From: an uncultured Prolixibacteraceae bacterium
GTDB lineage: Bacteria > Bacteroidota > Bacteroidia > Bacteroidales > FEN-979
DNA: 64,000 bases
Assembly (NCBI GenBank): GCA_964642545.1
Contig: CAZXQU010000005.1
Location: 1,669 to 65,668 of the forward strand
Reading direction: 5' to 3'
Shown: piece by piece, positions 63,007 to 64,000 of the stretch
How the letters are laid out: the number at the start of each line of letters is the position of its first letter
How positions within the stretch are numbered: the stretch's first letter is position 1
Made by a program: the position numbers and the translations under genes
Notes under the pieces: model-generated
Seen by the model: only the letters and a program-made list of their open reading frames with translations
Databases searched by the model: none
Told to the model about the DNA's origin: nothing

Positions 63007-63642
63007 TTATTTCTTCCCAACAATCAGAAATACGGTGTACTCCTGTTTTCCTTGTTCTCCTCTCTCTTTGACAACGGTGGTGGCAGTCATGTCGCGTATT
63101 TCAACGAAACCTGCTTGACTGAGAAGCCGCTTGAGGTAATCCCGGTCAAATCCCTGGTGGTGGACTCCTTCATTATTCTCGTGGAATGAACCATCTTCTT
63201 GATCGAGATCTGCAAAAGCAAGATATCCGCTCGGAAGAAGAATCTTGAAACATTGGTTGATCACCTCATCAGGTTTCTCCAGATGATGAAAGGTCATGCT
63301 GCTGACAATCAGGTTGAACTTTCCATGTAGAAGAGCTCCCCCGTCAAGGTCCACCAACTGAGTTTGAATATTTGTCAGCCGTTGGTCAGCGACCTTTTGA
63401 TGCAGAACTTCAAGCATTTTCCCTGAACTGTCGGCTCCTGTAATATGTTTTACGAGTGGTTGAAGCCTGAGAGTGAGAAGGCCTGTCCCGCAGCCGAGAT
63501 CCAAAACAACCATATCCTTTGTTGGGTTGGTTTCTCGGATAATGACATCGGCCACATCACTTGCAAGTTTAACTCGTCGGGACGTCTCGTCCCAGCTGGA
63601 AGCCCGGAGATCAAAGGGATTCTCCTGTTGCTTGTTTTTCAT
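63007..63642 (-). CDS. Class I SAM-dependent methyltransferase
   Basis: VLDLGCGTGLLTL, DSSGKML and a FHH-type motif, in a 211-aa protein. Confidence 0.8.
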   Translation of the reverse strand: MKNKQQENPFDLRASSWDETSRRVKLASDVADVIIRETNPTKDMVVLDLGCGTGLLTLRLQPLVKHITGADSSGKMLEVLHQKVADQRLTNIQTQLVDLDGGALLHGKFNLIVSSMTFHHLEKPDEVINQCFKILLPSGYLAFADLDQEDGSFHENNEGVHHQGFDRDYLKRLLSQAGFVEIRDMTATTVVKERGEQGKQEYTVFLIVGKK

Positions 63643-63662
63643 CTGCTTTTCAGTTCATTACT

Positions 63663-63678
63663 TATCTTTGCAAAGATA
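63663..63678. promoter_or_regulatory. Perfect 16-bp palindrome TATCTTTGCAAAGATA, i.e. two abutting -7 boxes (TAtcTTTG on each strand) for divergent hutU and the methyltransferase
   Basis: Read directly. Each box is 29 nt from its ATG (63699 on plus, 63642 on minus). Confidence 0.5.
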
Positions 63679-63698
63679 TTCCGAAAAACCATTACGAT

Positions 63699-64000
63699 AT
63701 GACTTTCAAGGACGAAATCCTCCAGGGTATCCCCAACGGGCTTCCAGAGCCACAACCATATGATCCCGATGCAAACCATGCTCCTGTGCGGAAAGATATT
63801 TTATCTGCGGATGAGAAACAACTGGCATTGAAGAATGCCCTCCGGTATTTCGATAAAAAGCATCATGCAACACTTGCTCCCGAATTTGCAGAGGAGCTTA
63901 AAAAATATGGCCGGATATACATGTACCGCTTTCGGCCAACCTATGCAATGTTTGCGCGACCTATCAGTGAGTATCCACATCAATCCATCCAGGCTTCTGC
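63699..64000 (+). CDS. hutU: Urocanate hydratase, N-terminal part (runs off the right edge)
   Basis: MTFKDEILQGIPNGLPEPQPYDPDANHAPVRKDILSADEKQLALKNALRYF...YGRIYMYRFRP, an N-terminus typical of the long Bacteroidota-type urocanase. Confidence 0.8.
   Translation, partial: MTFKDEILQGIPNGLPEPQPYDPDANHAPVRKDILSADEKQLALKNALRYFDKKHHATLAPEFAEELKKYGRIYMYRFRPTYAMFARPISEYPHQSIQAS

Overview
Bacteroidota-type chromosomal segment. Support: gldF/gldG gliding genes, two proteins with T9SS C-terminal sorting domains, and TAnnTTTG -7 promoter boxes about 10-30 nt upstream of many start codons. There are about 50 protein genes. I saw no rRNA, tRNA or CRISPR by eye. Ordinary content: purC, phoH, gdhA, gpmA, radC, birA, ung, ispE, tgt, the 5' end of hutU, a translationally coupled polysaccharide/O-antigen cluster (flippase, methyltransferase, GT2, two GT4, Wzy-like polymerase), and an alpha-2-macroglobulin/PBP1C pair. 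Two things stand out. (1) Locus 14998-28917: two paralogous giant receiver + PPDK_N (ATP-grasp) proteins lack the phosphohistidine and PEP domains of real dikinases. They bracket a NuoE-like / NuoF(HydB)-like / 1237-aa [2Fe-2S + GltD-like + NuoG-like FeS + degenerate molybdopterin] operon plus a rubrerythrin-like gene. I read this as a candidate HydABC/Bfu-family flavin-based electron-bifurcating NAD(P)H/ferredoxin module under unusual sensory control. (2) A pervasive repeat layer. Short degenerate 7-8 nt periodic 'word' arrays abut or contain nine stop codons. They also sit in-frame inside ispE, a GT2 gene, and the 5' ends of pbpC and gldG. A 25-nt hairpin core is nested in such arrays twice. 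A 61-nt double-hairpin REP-like element occurs twice. A RAYT/IS200-like HUH transposase gene is flanked by gene remnants. Smaller oddities: a cNMP-domain::aspartase fusion, a PurF-like protein without the Cys1 nucleophile, a frameshift in an A-run, and palindromic back-to-back -7 boxes. All functional calls come from motif recognition by eye on the supplied translations. No searches or computations were run, and identities are qualitative.
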